Shown here: positions 42,544-53,156 of the stretch, piece after piece | Layout of the letters: every line of letters begins with the position of its first letter | Numbering within the stretch: the stretch's first letter is position 1 | NCBI GenBank assembly: GCA_965218095.1 | Contig: OZ244587.1 | Span: 2,336,001-2,400,000, forward strand | Direction of reading: 5' to 3' | DNA length: 64,000 nucleotides | Source: Candidatus Poribacteria bacterium | GTDB lineage: Bacteria; Poribacteria; WGA-4E; PCPOR2b | The notes under the pieces: generated by a model | Told to the model about the DNA's origin: nothing | Seen by the model: only the letters and a program-made list of their open reading frames with translations | Databases searched by the model: none | Program-made: the position numbers and the translations under genes

Positions 42544-43068
42544 TTACAGGCTATCAATCACGGCTTTCAGTTTTTGATAGATTTCTCCATCAAAGTCTGC
42601 TTTGATATGAAATGCGAGCTTTCCCTCAAGGTTAATCAGGTAGAGGTTTGGCTTCTCCTTCCGCGTGCGGTAAGCTTCATGGACCTTGCCTTTCCAATCG
42701 AGTAACAGCGTCACCGGCGGCTTGTTTTTCTTGAGTTGCTTTTTTATGAAACCCTTGGGTATGAATCCGGGAACACTTCGCATATCCGCAACGATGTACG
42801 CAATCACCCGATCGTTTTCCCGATAATCTTTCTGAAAAGCGTGCGCCCATTTATCATCTTCCTTCCGGATTTTCCGGTTCCCCATAATGAGAAAGACAAT
42901 CTTACCCCGTATTTCCTTCAGTGAGTGTTCCTGATCTTTGGCGTCTTGCAATGTAAAGTCGGGGGCATCTTCTCCAATCTGAAGTGGCCGGCTTGCCTTC
43001 TCCTGATTTGAAGCAATCGAAGTGCAAGCAAGTAGACCGATTATTACTGAGTACAAAATGTATCTCAT
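42544..43068 (-). CDS. Exported redoxin-fold protein lacking CxxC
   Basis: IGEDAPDFTLQD..GKIVFL; no Cys in the mature domain. Confidence 0.75.
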   Translation of the reverse strand: MRYILYSVIIGLLACTSIASNQEKASRPLQIGEDAPDFTLQDAKDQEHSLKEIRGKIVFLIMGNRKIRKEDDKWAHAFQKDYRENDRVIAYIVADMRSVPGFIPKGFIKKQLKKNKPPVTLLLDWKGKVHEAYRTRKEKPNLYLINLEGKLAFHIKADFDGEIYQKLKAVIDSL

Positions 43069-43111
43069 TGTGAAATCATCTTCCTTCCTATCTGTTATCG
43101 ATAAACCTTTA

Positions 43112-44221
43112 TCACTTTGTGTCCTCAAACAAATTGGGCCACATCTGTTCGATCGCCAGGTAGTTTGCCGGCGTAATCAGACGGATTGTACCTAACTTCG
43201 TCTTCGTCAGAATTTTGCCGTTGGGCAATTCAACATCGTAAAAGAAAGGACGATCATTGAGGACATCCACAGCGGCTTTTAGTGCCTCTAGTCCCCGTTC
43301 ATAAGGCATCAGATCAATCTCAGCGTCGTGCTGTTTCACCATGATCTGGCGGCACGCCTCCTCCCCCGCACCAACCCCAACGGTGATGATTTGATCGGCA
43401 AGTCCATGCAAATGCACGCCACGTACTGCGCCCACCGCCAGGGTACTATCTACCGCGATAATCGCTTGAATATTTCCCGCATAATTTTTCAGCACCTGAT
43501 CAGTAAAATCTAACGCAGCATCCACGTCGAGTGCAGAAGCGCGAGAGTGAACGCGAATTTCATTGGGATACCCGTCTAAAACGCGATAAATCCCCAGTAA
43601 GATGTTGCGTAGAGATTCAACCCCGGTCGGTCCCTCCAGGATGAGGACGTTTCCTTCGTAGCCGATTTGTTCGATTGCATATTGGGCTGCGGCTTCCCCC
43701 AATCCAGCTTCATCGACGGCGATATGTCCCCGTACCGGGATACTGACTAACAGCCGATCAAGCGTGATGACAGGAACGTTCCAGCGGCGAGCTTCCTTCA
43801 GAACTGGATAGGCCGTTTTTCCGTCGATAGCTTTGAAGATCAGCACCTGGATGCCTTCCTCAAGCATCTCTCGGATTTGCTGTATTTCTAGCGGAGCAAG
43901 ATCCTGTTTGACGCCCTTATCCCGCACGCCATTCCATAGGACTTTGATTCCGTACTCTTTTCCACCCTCAATCATCGCCTGTTTTATGAGCATATAAACA
44001 GGGACAGTCGTTTCCGGCACGCTGACACCAATTTTGATAAGCGACGCATCATCGCTGCATCCGGCGAGCATAACCGCTATCACTAACAAGATGCGTGAAA
44101 CGTGAAACGTGAAACCCCGATGGATCGGTGCAGAGCCTAGTCTCGCGCAGCGGACTCCCAATCTCTGATCGAGACTCTCGGGACGGAACTGCGAAACATG
44201 ATGTGTAATTCGTCGATGCAT
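43112..44221 (-). CDS. Sugar ABC transporter substrate-binding lipoprotein (RbsB-like); start uncertain
   Basis: Lipobox LAGC, VPVITLDR, GNVLILEG. The 5' region overlaps 7-bp repeats. Confidence 0.82.
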   Translation of the reverse strand: MHRRITHHVSQFRPESLDQRLGVRCARLGSAPIHRGFTFHVSRILLVIAVMLAGCSDDASLIKIGVSVPETTVPVYMLIKQAMIEGGKEYGIKVLWNGVRDKGVKQDLAPLEIQQIREMLEEGIQVLIFKAIDGKTAYPVLKEARRWNVPVITLDRLLVSIPVRGHIAVDEAGLGEAAAQYAIEQIGYEGNVLILEGPTGVESLRNILLGIYRVLDGYPNEIRVHSRASALDVDAALDFTDQVLKNYAGNIQAIIAVDSTLAVGAVRGVHLHGLADQIITVGVGAGEEACRQIMVKQHDAEIDLMPYERGLEALKAAVDVLNDRPFFYDVELPNGKILTKTKLGTIRLITPANYLAIEQMWPNLFEDTK

Positions 44222-44237
44222 TAATTCGCCTATCTAC

Positions 44238-44948
44238 TTATTTTTTCTTTCCGATATGGACAGCGACAATCCCAAACGTTTTACGGTAAAATCGCACATC
44301 TGCAAGCCCACATGTCTCCATGATTGCCCCAAGTTGTTCGCAGTTTGGAAATTGCATGACAGAATTTGGAAGATAACCGTAGGCATCGTTTCTATTTTTC
44401 GAGATGAGATTACCGATACACGGCAGGATGGTTTTGAAGTAGAAATAGTATATATGTCGGAAAACAGGCGCAGTCGGCTGTGTAAACTCAAGAATGACGA
44501 CACGCCCTCCCTTGACAGCGACCCGTGTCATTTCACAAATGCCAAGCTCGAAATCCGCGACATTGCGGATGCCAAAACCAACCGATACAACATCGAAGGT
44601 GTTGTCTGCGAATGGAAGCCGAAGGGTATCCGCTTCAATGGCGATTAAAGCGTGAGTCCGTCCCTGCTTTTCAACTTTCTGCTTACCAACTGCCAACATG
44701 TCAAAACAGAAGTCCGTACCAATCACAGAGATGTTGTTGCTGATTGCGTCCGCGTATGCAAGCGCGAGTTCGCCTGTACCTGTACAGACATCAAGCACCC
44801 TGCTATTCTGAGTCACCTCACTCATTTGCGCCGTGAACTTCCGCCAGGCGCGGTCACGGCGCATACTCAACAGAGAATTGAGGAAATCATATCGCTTTGC
44901 AATTGCTGAGAAGATTCTACGGACGTAAATCTCTTTGTTCGTTGCCAA
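44238..44948 (-). CDS. ubiE: Demethylmenaquinone methyltransferase UbiE/MenG
   Basis: RYDFLNSLLS, VLDVCTGTG, GFGIRNV, AYGYLPNSV. Confidence 0.92.
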   Translation of the reverse strand: MATNKEIYVRRIFSAIAKRYDFLNSLLSMRRDRAWRKFTAQMSEVTQNSRVLDVCTGTGELALAYADAISNNISVIGTDFCFDMLAVGKQKVEKQGRTHALIAIEADTLRLPFADNTFDVVSVGFGIRNVADFELGICEMTRVAVKGGRVVILEFTQPTAPVFRHIYYFYFKTILPCIGNLISKNRNDAYGYLPNSVMQFPNCEQLGAIMETCGLADVRFYRKTFGIVAVHIGKKK

Positions 44949-44951
44949 TTG

Positions 44952-45998
44952 CTACTCCCGACTAAATCCACTCCCTTGTGGAACAAGGGCGTAACCATTC
45001 TCAATCCGCGGGGGCAAATCCAGGTGGACGAGGCCAGTTTCCAGATAACACGCGTTTGGCATTGCAGCCAGGAGATGCAGATTGACGACCCCACCGCCAT
45101 GTGAGGCATACGGGATGTTGAAAGCGTCCGCGATTGCGGCGATCTCCATAATTTCCGTCACGCCACCGGATCGCCGCAGATCTCCCTGGAGGACATCGAC
45201 AGCACGCATCTCAAGGAGTTCACGGAACGCCCATTTACCGTACTCATTTTCCCCGGAAGCCACACGCATCTCTAGGTGTTGAGCCAGTTCTGCAAGTCCT
45301 TCCTTATTTGTTGTGGGAAACGGTTCTTCAAACCAGTAGCAACCGAGCTCTTGATAGACACGCCCGCGGATTAGCGCTTCAGCAGTGCTAAAGACCTGAT
45401 TTGCGTCAACCATTAAGACCGCCCCTTTGCCGATGACCTCCCAAACCGCTTCAATCCGCTGCACATCTTCATCTAGCGTCGGACACCCCACCTTGATTTT
45501 AACGGCGCGGAGTCCTTGTTCCATCGCTTCCACACAGGATTGTTTCAGTTCGTCTATTTCGTAGTTCAGCCAACCAACCATCGCATACGCAGGCACACGA
45601 TCCGCATAAGTCCCCAAGATTTTATGAACAGGTTGCCCCAACGTTTTGCCCATGAGGTCCCACAACGCAATGTCAATCACCGAGATTCCGAATTGTATCA
45701 GGCCTGACCAGCTATGATACTCTGTTTCACGGCGCAACTGCTCCCTGATTCTCTTTATTGCGAAGGGATCTTCGCCAATGATTTGGGGCGCTAATTCAAG
45801 TTCAATGATCTGTTGCAGGATTTGTGGGGCATGCTGAATCCGGCCGAAGCTGCTTGTTCCTTCTCCGACAAACCCTTCATCAGAGTGGATATGAACCGTC
45901 ACAGATCCAGCCCCCGGCAAACTCTGTAGTGCATCTCGAATGGGTTCCGCCCTTGGCGTTACTCGGTGCAGTCGCGTTTCCACTTTCGTAATTTTCAT
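44952..45998 (-). CDS. Mandelate racemase/muconate lactonizing enzyme family protein
   Basis: DIALWDLMGK, KIKVG, MVDAN, WFEEP, SGEN. Confidence 0.92.
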   Translation of the reverse strand: MKITKVETRLHRVTPRAEPIRDALQSLPGAGSVTVHIHSDEGFVGEGTSSFGRIQHAPQILQQIIELELAPQIIGEDPFAIKRIREQLRRETEYHSWSGLIQFGISVIDIALWDLMGKTLGQPVHKILGTYADRVPAYAMVGWLNYEIDELKQSCVEAMEQGLRAVKIKVGCPTLDEDVQRIEAVWEVIGKGAVLMVDANQVFSTAEALIRGRVYQELGCYWFEEPFPTTNKEGLAELAQHLEMRVASGENEYGKWAFRELLEMRAVDVLQGDLRRSGGVTEIMEIAAIADAFNIPYASHGGGVVNLHLLAAMPNACYLETGLVHLDLPPRIENGYALVPQGSGFSRE

Positions 45999-46120
45999 CG
46001 GTCAATTCCTCATTGTTTTGTGATAAACAGGCGCTTGAGAACTCGCTGCGGGATTTTCACAACTTTATATAAGTTTACCAGAAATAGACGATAACATCAA
46101 GTGCGAAACACAGGTATAAA

Positions 46121-46146
46121 AAAACCCTATTTTGCAATAGGGCTTT
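46121..46146. terminator. Possible terminator hairpin
   Basis: CCCTATT-ttgc-AATAGGG next to an A run (T tract on the minus strand). Confidence 0.45.
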
Positions 46147-46521
46147 ACACGAATCAACCTCCTTTATGGCAAGAGCTGTAAAAGGCTGATGAAAATTAAT
46201 TGTTATAGATGGGAAGGTGTGCCATCACTAAGTGCGTGATGCACTCTGTTCCAGTTGGCGTATCAAGAACACGACACAGGATTTGAGTTCAAGGTTTCAA
46301 AAGTTCAATGAACCCATTCCCGAGGGGCCAGACTATCGGTTTTGGTAGCAGGCACACCTCCTTTGACACATTTTCCTCAATGTCAGCTTATTCCCTTCTC
46401 TCCGACCACCATGCGAACTTTGACCCATAATTCTTAAAAACGAAGGGTATATTGAATACCCAATCCGTCATAGGTGTTTATGATAGCGCCTCACGAAAGA
46501 GTGATATGTCATGTGTAAATG

Positions 46522-48689
46522 TCAGTTGGTGATTAACGACTGATGGTTGACAACCGATCTAATTTGTTCAAGCTCTTCAATCAGATGTTGAAATGCCTCC
46601 GCCAGCCGATCTATCTGAATAGGTACTTGCGCTTCATCGTTCATTTCTAGTGCATCCCGGATTCCCGGAAAGACAACCGCGGCATACCCACTGTGAAGCC
46701 CAGGCGCATAGATCAGATGCTTAAACCATGGACGCAGAGGCAATCCCGCCTCAGAGATTAATGTTTGTTCTAGCTGGTGTAAACGGCGATTAATCGTTTC
46801 AGTTTCGATTAATTCTTGTCTCTTGAGACGATTGGTGAGGTCGCTGTGAAGGCTATCTGCCATGTTCTCCCATTTGCTGAGTAATCCCCGTAATCGTTGT
46901 GGCCTATCCCTCGCAATAGCACTCTTAGGATCGCTGTTTTGCAGTGCTTTCAGATGAATTAAGAGCTCCTTCGCGTACTCTTTGTAATCGAATGGCAAGA
47001 TGTCCGCGTTTGCAAGGCGCAATGCCAGAATCCCCCAGATTTGCGCCATCGCTGTCTGATACTGAAACGCCGGATCGCCGAAATGTTCTATCCAATAAAA
47101 ATTGTCCTGCATTGCATGATAAACACCGTAGGGGCCATCAAACCCCATGCTAATCGAGGGAATTCCAAGATGCCCAATAAAGGGTGAGTAATCAGAACCG
47201 CTGCCGAGATTCCCAATTCGCGGCGCCTGTTTATCCTGATGCTGCCTCCAGGTCTCATAAACTGTTTGATGTGTTTGCGGATGAATAACCGCTTGAGTCA
47301 CCTCCGTCACCAGTGACTTGAGTGATGGCACAGCGCTCGCATAGAAATTTACCCCTGTCGTGGCAATGTCAACATTCAGGTATGCAATCGCCTTCTGCTG
47401 AAGTTCACTCTTCGGATCTTCAACCCATTCAGTTGAGCCAATAATCCCGAATTCCTCCGCGTCCCAGTTTGCAAAGACGATCGTGCGTTTTGGTCGATGT
47501 CCTTCCTTCGCTAACTGCCCGAGGCAGCGCGCAACCTCCAGGAGACTCGTGGCGCCACTTCCTGGATCTGCGGCACCATAGATCCAGGCATCATGGTGGT
47601 TGCCAAGGATGACCCATTGATCGGGGGTTTCCGAGCCCTTGAGTTTAGCAATCACATTATAGATTGGACGATTCTTATGCTCACAGCGGACTTTGAGATG
47701 GACTTTCGCGGACCCCGGACCGGTGTGGTACGCAAAAGGTAAGCCTCCCTGCCAACCATCAGGGACATTCGGTCCCGCCAAAGCCTTGAGCAGCAGCTCT
47801 GCATCTCGGTATGCCAGCGGCGCAACGGGAATCCCGGGAAGATCTGTCGCCTCTGAAATCGGTATCCGGTGCGCGTCCTTTGTCGATGCCCACCCCGGTG
47901 TTAATGGATCGCTGGCATGGTGGAAAATATACTTTACTGTTCCGCGTTGGATTGCATCGGCTGATCGCCAGGGACCACGTGGGTAAACATCTCCCTTCAT
48001 GTATCCATCATCTGCCGGATCCGAGTAGATGATCAAGCCGGCTGCGCCCTGTTCCCCGGCGACCTTCGCCTTGACCCCTTGATAACTGCCTCCATACCTT
48101 GCAATGGCAATCTTACCTTCGACGGATATGCCCATTGCCGCTAATTTCTGATAATCATCGGGTAATCCCTGGTTCACATAGACCAGGTCTGCGGTCACAT
48201 CACCATCTAGCGAATATGCGTTATAGCCTGCGACGATGTTTGTTTCGTAAGAATCCTTGTCCCATTCCCAGCTTTCCTCCTTCCCAAGCGCCTGGTAGTG
48301 TGTCGGTGCTACCATTTCGATCCGAACTTCGATCGGATGCGGCAGATAAACCTCATACTCATAAACTTGCGCCTCCAATCCATATTCCTGATACTTCTCG
48401 TACAGGTATTGTGCAATTTATAACTGTTCTCGGTTCCGGCGAGATGTGGCTCTTCTGTCAAACGTCGCAACTCCCGACGACACATTTCGGGAGAGGTAAG
48501 CTGCTTAAATGCTTCTTCATATTTTTTTTGCTCAATCGAACTCACGGCTGTAAAACCTCGAAGGGGTAATGGCGTTTGTGCAGACAATGGAAAAGCAATG
48601 ATGGCGAAATAGAATATCAGGCGAAGTTTCAGCCGAATTCGATACGGTAGAGAAGGGATTTGACGGTTACTCGGTATTGGTTTAGTCAT
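46522..48689 (-). pseudogene. M28 peptidase (glutamate carboxypeptidase II-like, PA and TfR-dimer domains), frameshifted at about 48417
   Basis: PHLAGT, YSDPADDG, GNHHDAW, WDAEEFG, GSDY, YH, KHLIYAPG; two ORFs joined by a 1-nt shift. Confidence 0.88.
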
Positions 48690-48942
48690 AAATAGACTAC
48701 TTTCTATAAGGGATTATCAGACAATAGGGACAAGAAAATTAGAAAGGAATGAAAGAAAATCAAGAGATAGACCGTAGCTCCATTTTCCCACATAATACGC
48801 AGCACGGTTCTAATATCTATTCACTTAAACAACTCATCAAGTTGCGTGCAATGATAGCACACCTCCTTTTATTTGTCACTGAAATTTGTGAAGAAACGCC
48901 GTTGCAAATCCACCAAATTTTGGTGCAATCCAGCGAAAGCAG

Positions 48943-48972
48943 TTGACAATTCAATCAGGGGAATGCTATTCT
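48943..48972 (+). promoter_or_regulatory. sigma70-like promoter
   Basis: TTGACA-N18-TATTCT with TG extension. Confidence 0.5.
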
Positions 48973-49013
48973 AACATCTGCCAAAGACAATTTATACAAG
49001 AAGATCTCAGTAA

Positions 49014-49619
49014 ATGAATTGCTTGATTAGTGTTATTTCGATCCTTTGTTCTGTTGTACTCCTTGGATGCTCCGATGACCTAGAATTTGACACCGCCGCC
49101 GCGAAAAAGAATCAAGCGGAAGGTTGGGCAGCTTACGATCAAGGAGACTTTTCTGGCGCACTCCTGAAGTTTGAGCGTGCGATTGATTTGGATCCAAACG
49201 TTGCGGATGCCCACAACGGCTTAGGCTGGAGTCATCTGAGTGAGTCGCGGAAGTCTTCAATGGATTCGAGAGTTATTGCAAAGGCGCAAGAGGCTTTCGA
49301 GGGAGCGATCCGCTTAGACGCTTCCAATGCAGATGCGTGGATTGGGTTAGCGAACACGCTCTTTCTCCGCCGTGAAAGGGCCTCAGACTTTCAAACAGCG
49401 CTCCATGCTATCAACAACGCCTTGAAAACAGATCATCGGACGCTCTTTCGACATGACTATCAGTCAGCCGCAGATCTCTATACACTGAGAGCCGTTTGCT
49501 ATTACTATCTCGGCGAAACAGGCCTTGCCAGATTTTCGATCGAAACTGCACTTGAAATCGATCCCCCAAACACGGCTGCCTTGTCGCTTCAACAGTTGTT
49601 AAAACAGGCAGATCTGTGA
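49014..49619 (+). CDS. TPR-repeat lipoprotein
   Basis: Lipobox LLGC; AHNGLGW, AWIGLA, ALEIDP TPR motifs. Confidence 0.85.
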   Translation: MNCLISVISILCSVVLLGCSDDLEFDTAAAKKNQAEGWAAYDQGDFSGALLKFERAIDLDPNVADAHNGLGWSHLSESRKSSMDSRVIAKAQEAFEGAIRLDASNADAWIGLANTLFLRRERASDFQTALHAINNALKTDHRTLFRHDYQSAADLYTLRAVCYYYLGETGLARFSIETALEIDPPNTAALSLQQLLKQADL

Positions 49620-49653
49620 ATCCCGACGCTAAAAATCCGCAGGAGAAGTCACC

Positions 49654-50120
49654 ATGCTATTAGAAGGTAAGAAAGCACTCATTACCGGCTCATGACGCGG
49701 GATTGGTCGGGGAATCGCTCTCGCGTTGGCGCAAAATGGTTGCGATATTGGACTCAACGACATTGAACACGACGAATCAGCGGATTGGACAATTGCGCTC
49801 ATTGGCAAGGCCGGCCACAAATGCACCTTCACGGTCGCAGACATCAGTAAAAGCGATCAGGTGAATGCCTTGTTCAACGGTTTTCTCGCTGAATATGGTC
49901 AGATCGACATTCTGGTGAATAACCCGTACTGGTCGGAGAATATGCCGTTTCTGGAAATCACGGAAGAAGTTTGGGATCGGACGATGGAAGTAAGTTTGAA
50001 GGAGTATTTCCTGTGTAGCCAACGTGCGGCAAAAGAGATGGTTAAGCAAAAGTCGGGTGGGCGGATTGTCAGCATCTCATCCATACATGCCGTGCGCGTA
50101 TGGGAGACCGATACTGCCTA
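49654..50120 (+). pseudogene. SDR oxidoreductase with in-frame TGA and 3' truncation
   Basis: LEGKKALITGS*RGIG (TGA at 49693), DILVNN, SISS; ends at the catalytic Tyr. Confidence 0.85.
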
Positions 50121-50381
50121 TGGGTTGGAAGGCGGGAGTGATTCGCTTGACAACGCCGTGTCGTTGATTCCGAGAATCTCAACATGAGGCAGAATCACAT
50201 AAAGATCCGACATCCTTCCCGCTCTAACTGCTCTAAATTCGACCTCATAAACCGTGATCGTACTCAAAAAATATCGGTCATACTTTGCAATCGCTTTTTC
50301 AAATACCGTCATATTAGATCTCTGACGAGTTCGTATATAGGTGATGATTACGGTTATTTCAATCAATATTCTTTGTCCCAT
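50118..50381 (-). pseudogene. VapC/PIN toxin, 3'-truncated
   Basis: ILIEITVII..LSTITVYEV PIN N-terminal half; overlaps the antitoxin stop. Confidence 0.65.
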
Positions 50382-50610
50382 TCTTGCCCCGATCACGGCC
50401 AAGGTACGCCAGGGCTTCGGTAATCTTTTCATCATCTGCCCAAGCCTCCCGCATCTGTTCAAGCATTTTCAGCTTTTCTTCTTTGGACACCTCCTTTTTA
50501 GCAGGCTTAATTTCAATTCGGACGGATTCACCTTCGTTGAGTCCGAGTGAATCGTAAACCCGTTCAGAGATTTCAATAAATGGTTTCTTTCCAACTTTGG
50601 CGTTGATCAT
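50359..50610 (-). CDS. AbrB/VapB-like antitoxin
   Basis: IEISERVYDSLGLNEGESVRIEI swapped-hairpin pattern, upstream of the PIN gene. Confidence 0.65.
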   Translation of the reverse strand: MINAKVGKKPFIEISERVYDSLGLNEGESVRIEIKPAKKEVSKEEKLKMLEQMREAWADDEKITEALAYLGRDRGKNGTKNID

Positions 50611-50719
50611 AGTTAACACTCCTCTCGGTTTGATTCATTGAATTATAACACCCATTGCAACATTGGAGTTGGCTGTGTGTCAATCTTCAAAAAAATGTTC
50701 AATTCAAAAGGGAGCTCAC

Positions 50720-53068
50720 TTGAATAAAACACACACTTTCCTCTATACCATTCTCACAATTCTGATCGCCTGCCAACCTGTCATCGCTGATTCACCCAAA
50801 GCTAACACACGCCTGCCTTCTAGCTCTGTTGCCGTAACCGATGGCGCGCTTGCAACCTTTTTTAACCCCGCCGGTTTGGGTGCTGCCCATCGAGGTCTTG
50901 AATTCTACTATCTGCGCACCTACAAGGGCGATTCGGATGGTGATGACGCCCTTTTCATATCCGCGGCGAAGACGGGCTTTAGTATGGAATTTGCCACCGC
51001 CGCAGATGACACAGATTTTAATCGATATACGTTATCTAACGGCAGCCATCTCGGCAAGTCATTCTATTGGGGAACGGGTTATAGTTGGATTAACTCTGAT
51101 GATAAGGCTTACGATAAATTCTCCTCATGGTCACTAGGATTGATGTTTCGTCGCCGATACCTTTCGATTGGGGCAATTGCACGAGATCTCAATCGCCCGC
51201 GTTTACGTGGAGAGAAGCTCGGCAGAACTTACGACTTCGGGGTCGCTATCCGTCCGAGGACATCATGGATCACCTTTTCAGTCGATGGGCGCAAAGTCGA
51301 GGACGTAGATGGACTGCATTTCAGCTACGCCCTGGAGATACGCCCTGTTCGCGGGGTGACATTGCGAGGAAACCTGAACGAAGATAACAGTTTTGATCTT
51401 CGTTTCGGTATCAACATCGGGCAGGTTGGGCTTGGAACATATAATCGTTTCAATGATGATCAGGCGCGTCAAGAGGGTGTCGGGTATATTTCCCTTTCTC
51501 AGGCCCTTCACACAACCCGGCACATTCGGCGCAATGCCTTCTTAGACGTACGAATGGGCGAAATCGAAAAAACCCTCAAAGTCGCGAAGCGTGATCGGGA
51601 GATCGCCGGGGCCCTAATCAAGATCAGCGGGAGGCGCTACGGTATCGGTCGCTTACAGGAAATCCGAGATGCCCTCCTAGATTTTAAGGCAAGTGGCAAG
51701 AAGGTAATCGGTTACATGCACAACTGCTCGACGGGCAACTACATGCTCGCATCAGCCTGCGATCGAATTGTGCTGCACCCGTCTGGAGAGGTGCGTTTGA
51801 TTGGGTTACGTTCGGAGGTTTCATTCTACAAAGGCGTACTTGACAAATTCGGCATCCGGGCAGATCTTGAGCATATCGGCGAGTATAAATCGGCATCGGA
51901 TCTCTTCACACGCAAGGAGATGTCAGAGGCACATCGTGAAGTACAAAATGCAATCCTTGATGATCTCTACGATCAGTTGACTCAATCCATCGCAGAAGGG
52001 CGCAATTGGACACAAGAACATGTAAAGCAGCTAATCGATCAAGGTCCTTTCACCGCGAAACAGGCTTTGAAAAACGGACTCGTCGATCAGCTTGCTTATC
52101 GTGATGAACTGAAAGGAATCGCCAAAGAACTAACGGGGAAAAATCGCCGCTTGGTAAAAGTCCGGAAATATCTGGGAATCAATGAATACGAATACGATTG
52201 GGAAACGCCGCTGCCGAAGATTGCCATTGTCGAAGCAGAGGGAATGATGGTGACGGGCAAAAGTTTTACCGATCCGTTTACAGGGACAAGAACCATGGGG
52301 TCTACCACCATTGCTCGCGCCATCCGATCCGTCCGTAAAGACTCGTCGGTCAAAGCGGTTGTGCTGCGAATAGAGAGCGGTGGTGGGTTGGTTCTCGCCG
52401 CAGACATTATCTGGCGTGAATTGATGCAGCTCAAAAAGGTCAAGCCGTTGGTCGTTTCGATGGGAGATGTTGCGGGCTCTGGTGGATACTACATCGCGGT
52501 TCCGGCTGACATGATTGTGGCTGAACCTGGCGCCATCACCGGCTCAATTGGCGTAATCTCCGGCAAATATAGCTTCAAAGGGCTTTACGACAAGATCGGG
52601 ATCCACAAAGAGATTATTAAACGCGGGAAACATGCCGACTTTTACACGGACTACGGCGATTATCCGCCCGAAGAACGCGAGATTATCCAAAACCAGATTC
52701 AAGAAATCTACGACGAATTCATCAGCCGGGTGGCGGCGGGCCGGGGTATGACAAAGGAGGCGGTCAATCAAATAGGAAAGGGGCGAATCTGGACAGGCAA
52801 GCAGGCGAAGGAGATTGGGCTGGTTGATGAACTTGGTGGATTAGAGCTCGCCCTATTGATAGCTCGGGAGACAGCTGGTTTAGAGAACAAGGAAGTTCAG
52901 CTTGTTCGGTTGCCAAAGCAGAGTTTGCGGGAACAGTGGTTGAACGCCCTCCACGCAGCGGGTTCAATCATCTCCCCAACCGGACGGAAGTTTCCTACGC
53001 TTGCGGATGTCATGACAGGACACCGTTTTTTTTTGGTGACGCCGTATAATGTGCGGGTGAATGATTGA
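50720..53068 (+). CDS. sppA: Signal peptide peptidase SppA with a long N-terminal beta-rich domain
   Basis: Two S49 domains (YMLASACD, GEYKSA; SMGDVAGSGGYY, TGSIGV, GRIWTG); TTG start after GGGAG. Confidence 0.9.
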   Translation: MNKTHTFLYTILTILIACQPVIADSPKANTRLPSSSVAVTDGALATFFNPAGLGAAHRGLEFYYLRTYKGDSDGDDALFISAAKTGFSMEFATAADDTDFNRYTLSNGSHLGKSFYWGTGYSWINSDDKAYDKFSSWSLGLMFRRRYLSIGAIARDLNRPRLRGEKLGRTYDFGVAIRPRTSWITFSVDGRKVEDVDGLHFSYALEIRPVRGVTLRGNLNEDNSFDLRFGINIGQVGLGTYNRFNDDQARQEGVGYISLSQALHTTRHIRRNAFLDVRMGEIEKTLKVAKRDREIAGALIKISGRRYGIGRLQEIRDALLDFKASGKKVIGYMHNCSTGNYMLASACDRIVLHPSGEVRLIGLRSEVSFYKGVLDKFGIRADLEHIGEYKSASDLFTRKEMSEAHREVQNAILDDLYDQLTQSIAEGRNWTQEHVKQLIDQGPFTAKQALKNGLVDQLAYRDELKGIAKELTGKNRRLVKVRKYLGINEYEYDWETPLPKIAIVEAEGMMVTGKSFTDPFTGTRTMGSTTIARAIRSVRKDSSVKAVVLRIESGGGLVLAADIIWRELMQLKKVKPLVVSMGDVAGSGGYYIAVPADMIVAEPGAITGSIGVISGKYSFKGLYDKIGIHKEIIKRGKHADFYTDYGDYPPEEREIIQNQIQEIYDEFISRVAAGRGMTKEAVNQIGKGRIWTGKQAKEIGLVDELGGLELALLIARETAGLENKEVQLVRLPKQSLREQWLNALHAAGSIISPTGRKFPTLADVMTGHRFFLVTPYNVRVND

Positions 53069-53156
53069 TGCATGGGACGTAATGCGTAAAACGTAAGAAG
53101 AAGCAGTCCACTTGTGAGTTCTTTTTACGTTTTGCGAATAAGGGGAAAGCACTCAC

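Noticed and set aside
7346-49695. Alternative genetic code explaining the in-frame stops
   Set aside because: Both TGA and TAG occur, the expected residues differ (Arg, Trp, Gly/Ser, Gln), the same genes often carry frameshifts, and intact genes terminate at TGA and TAG.
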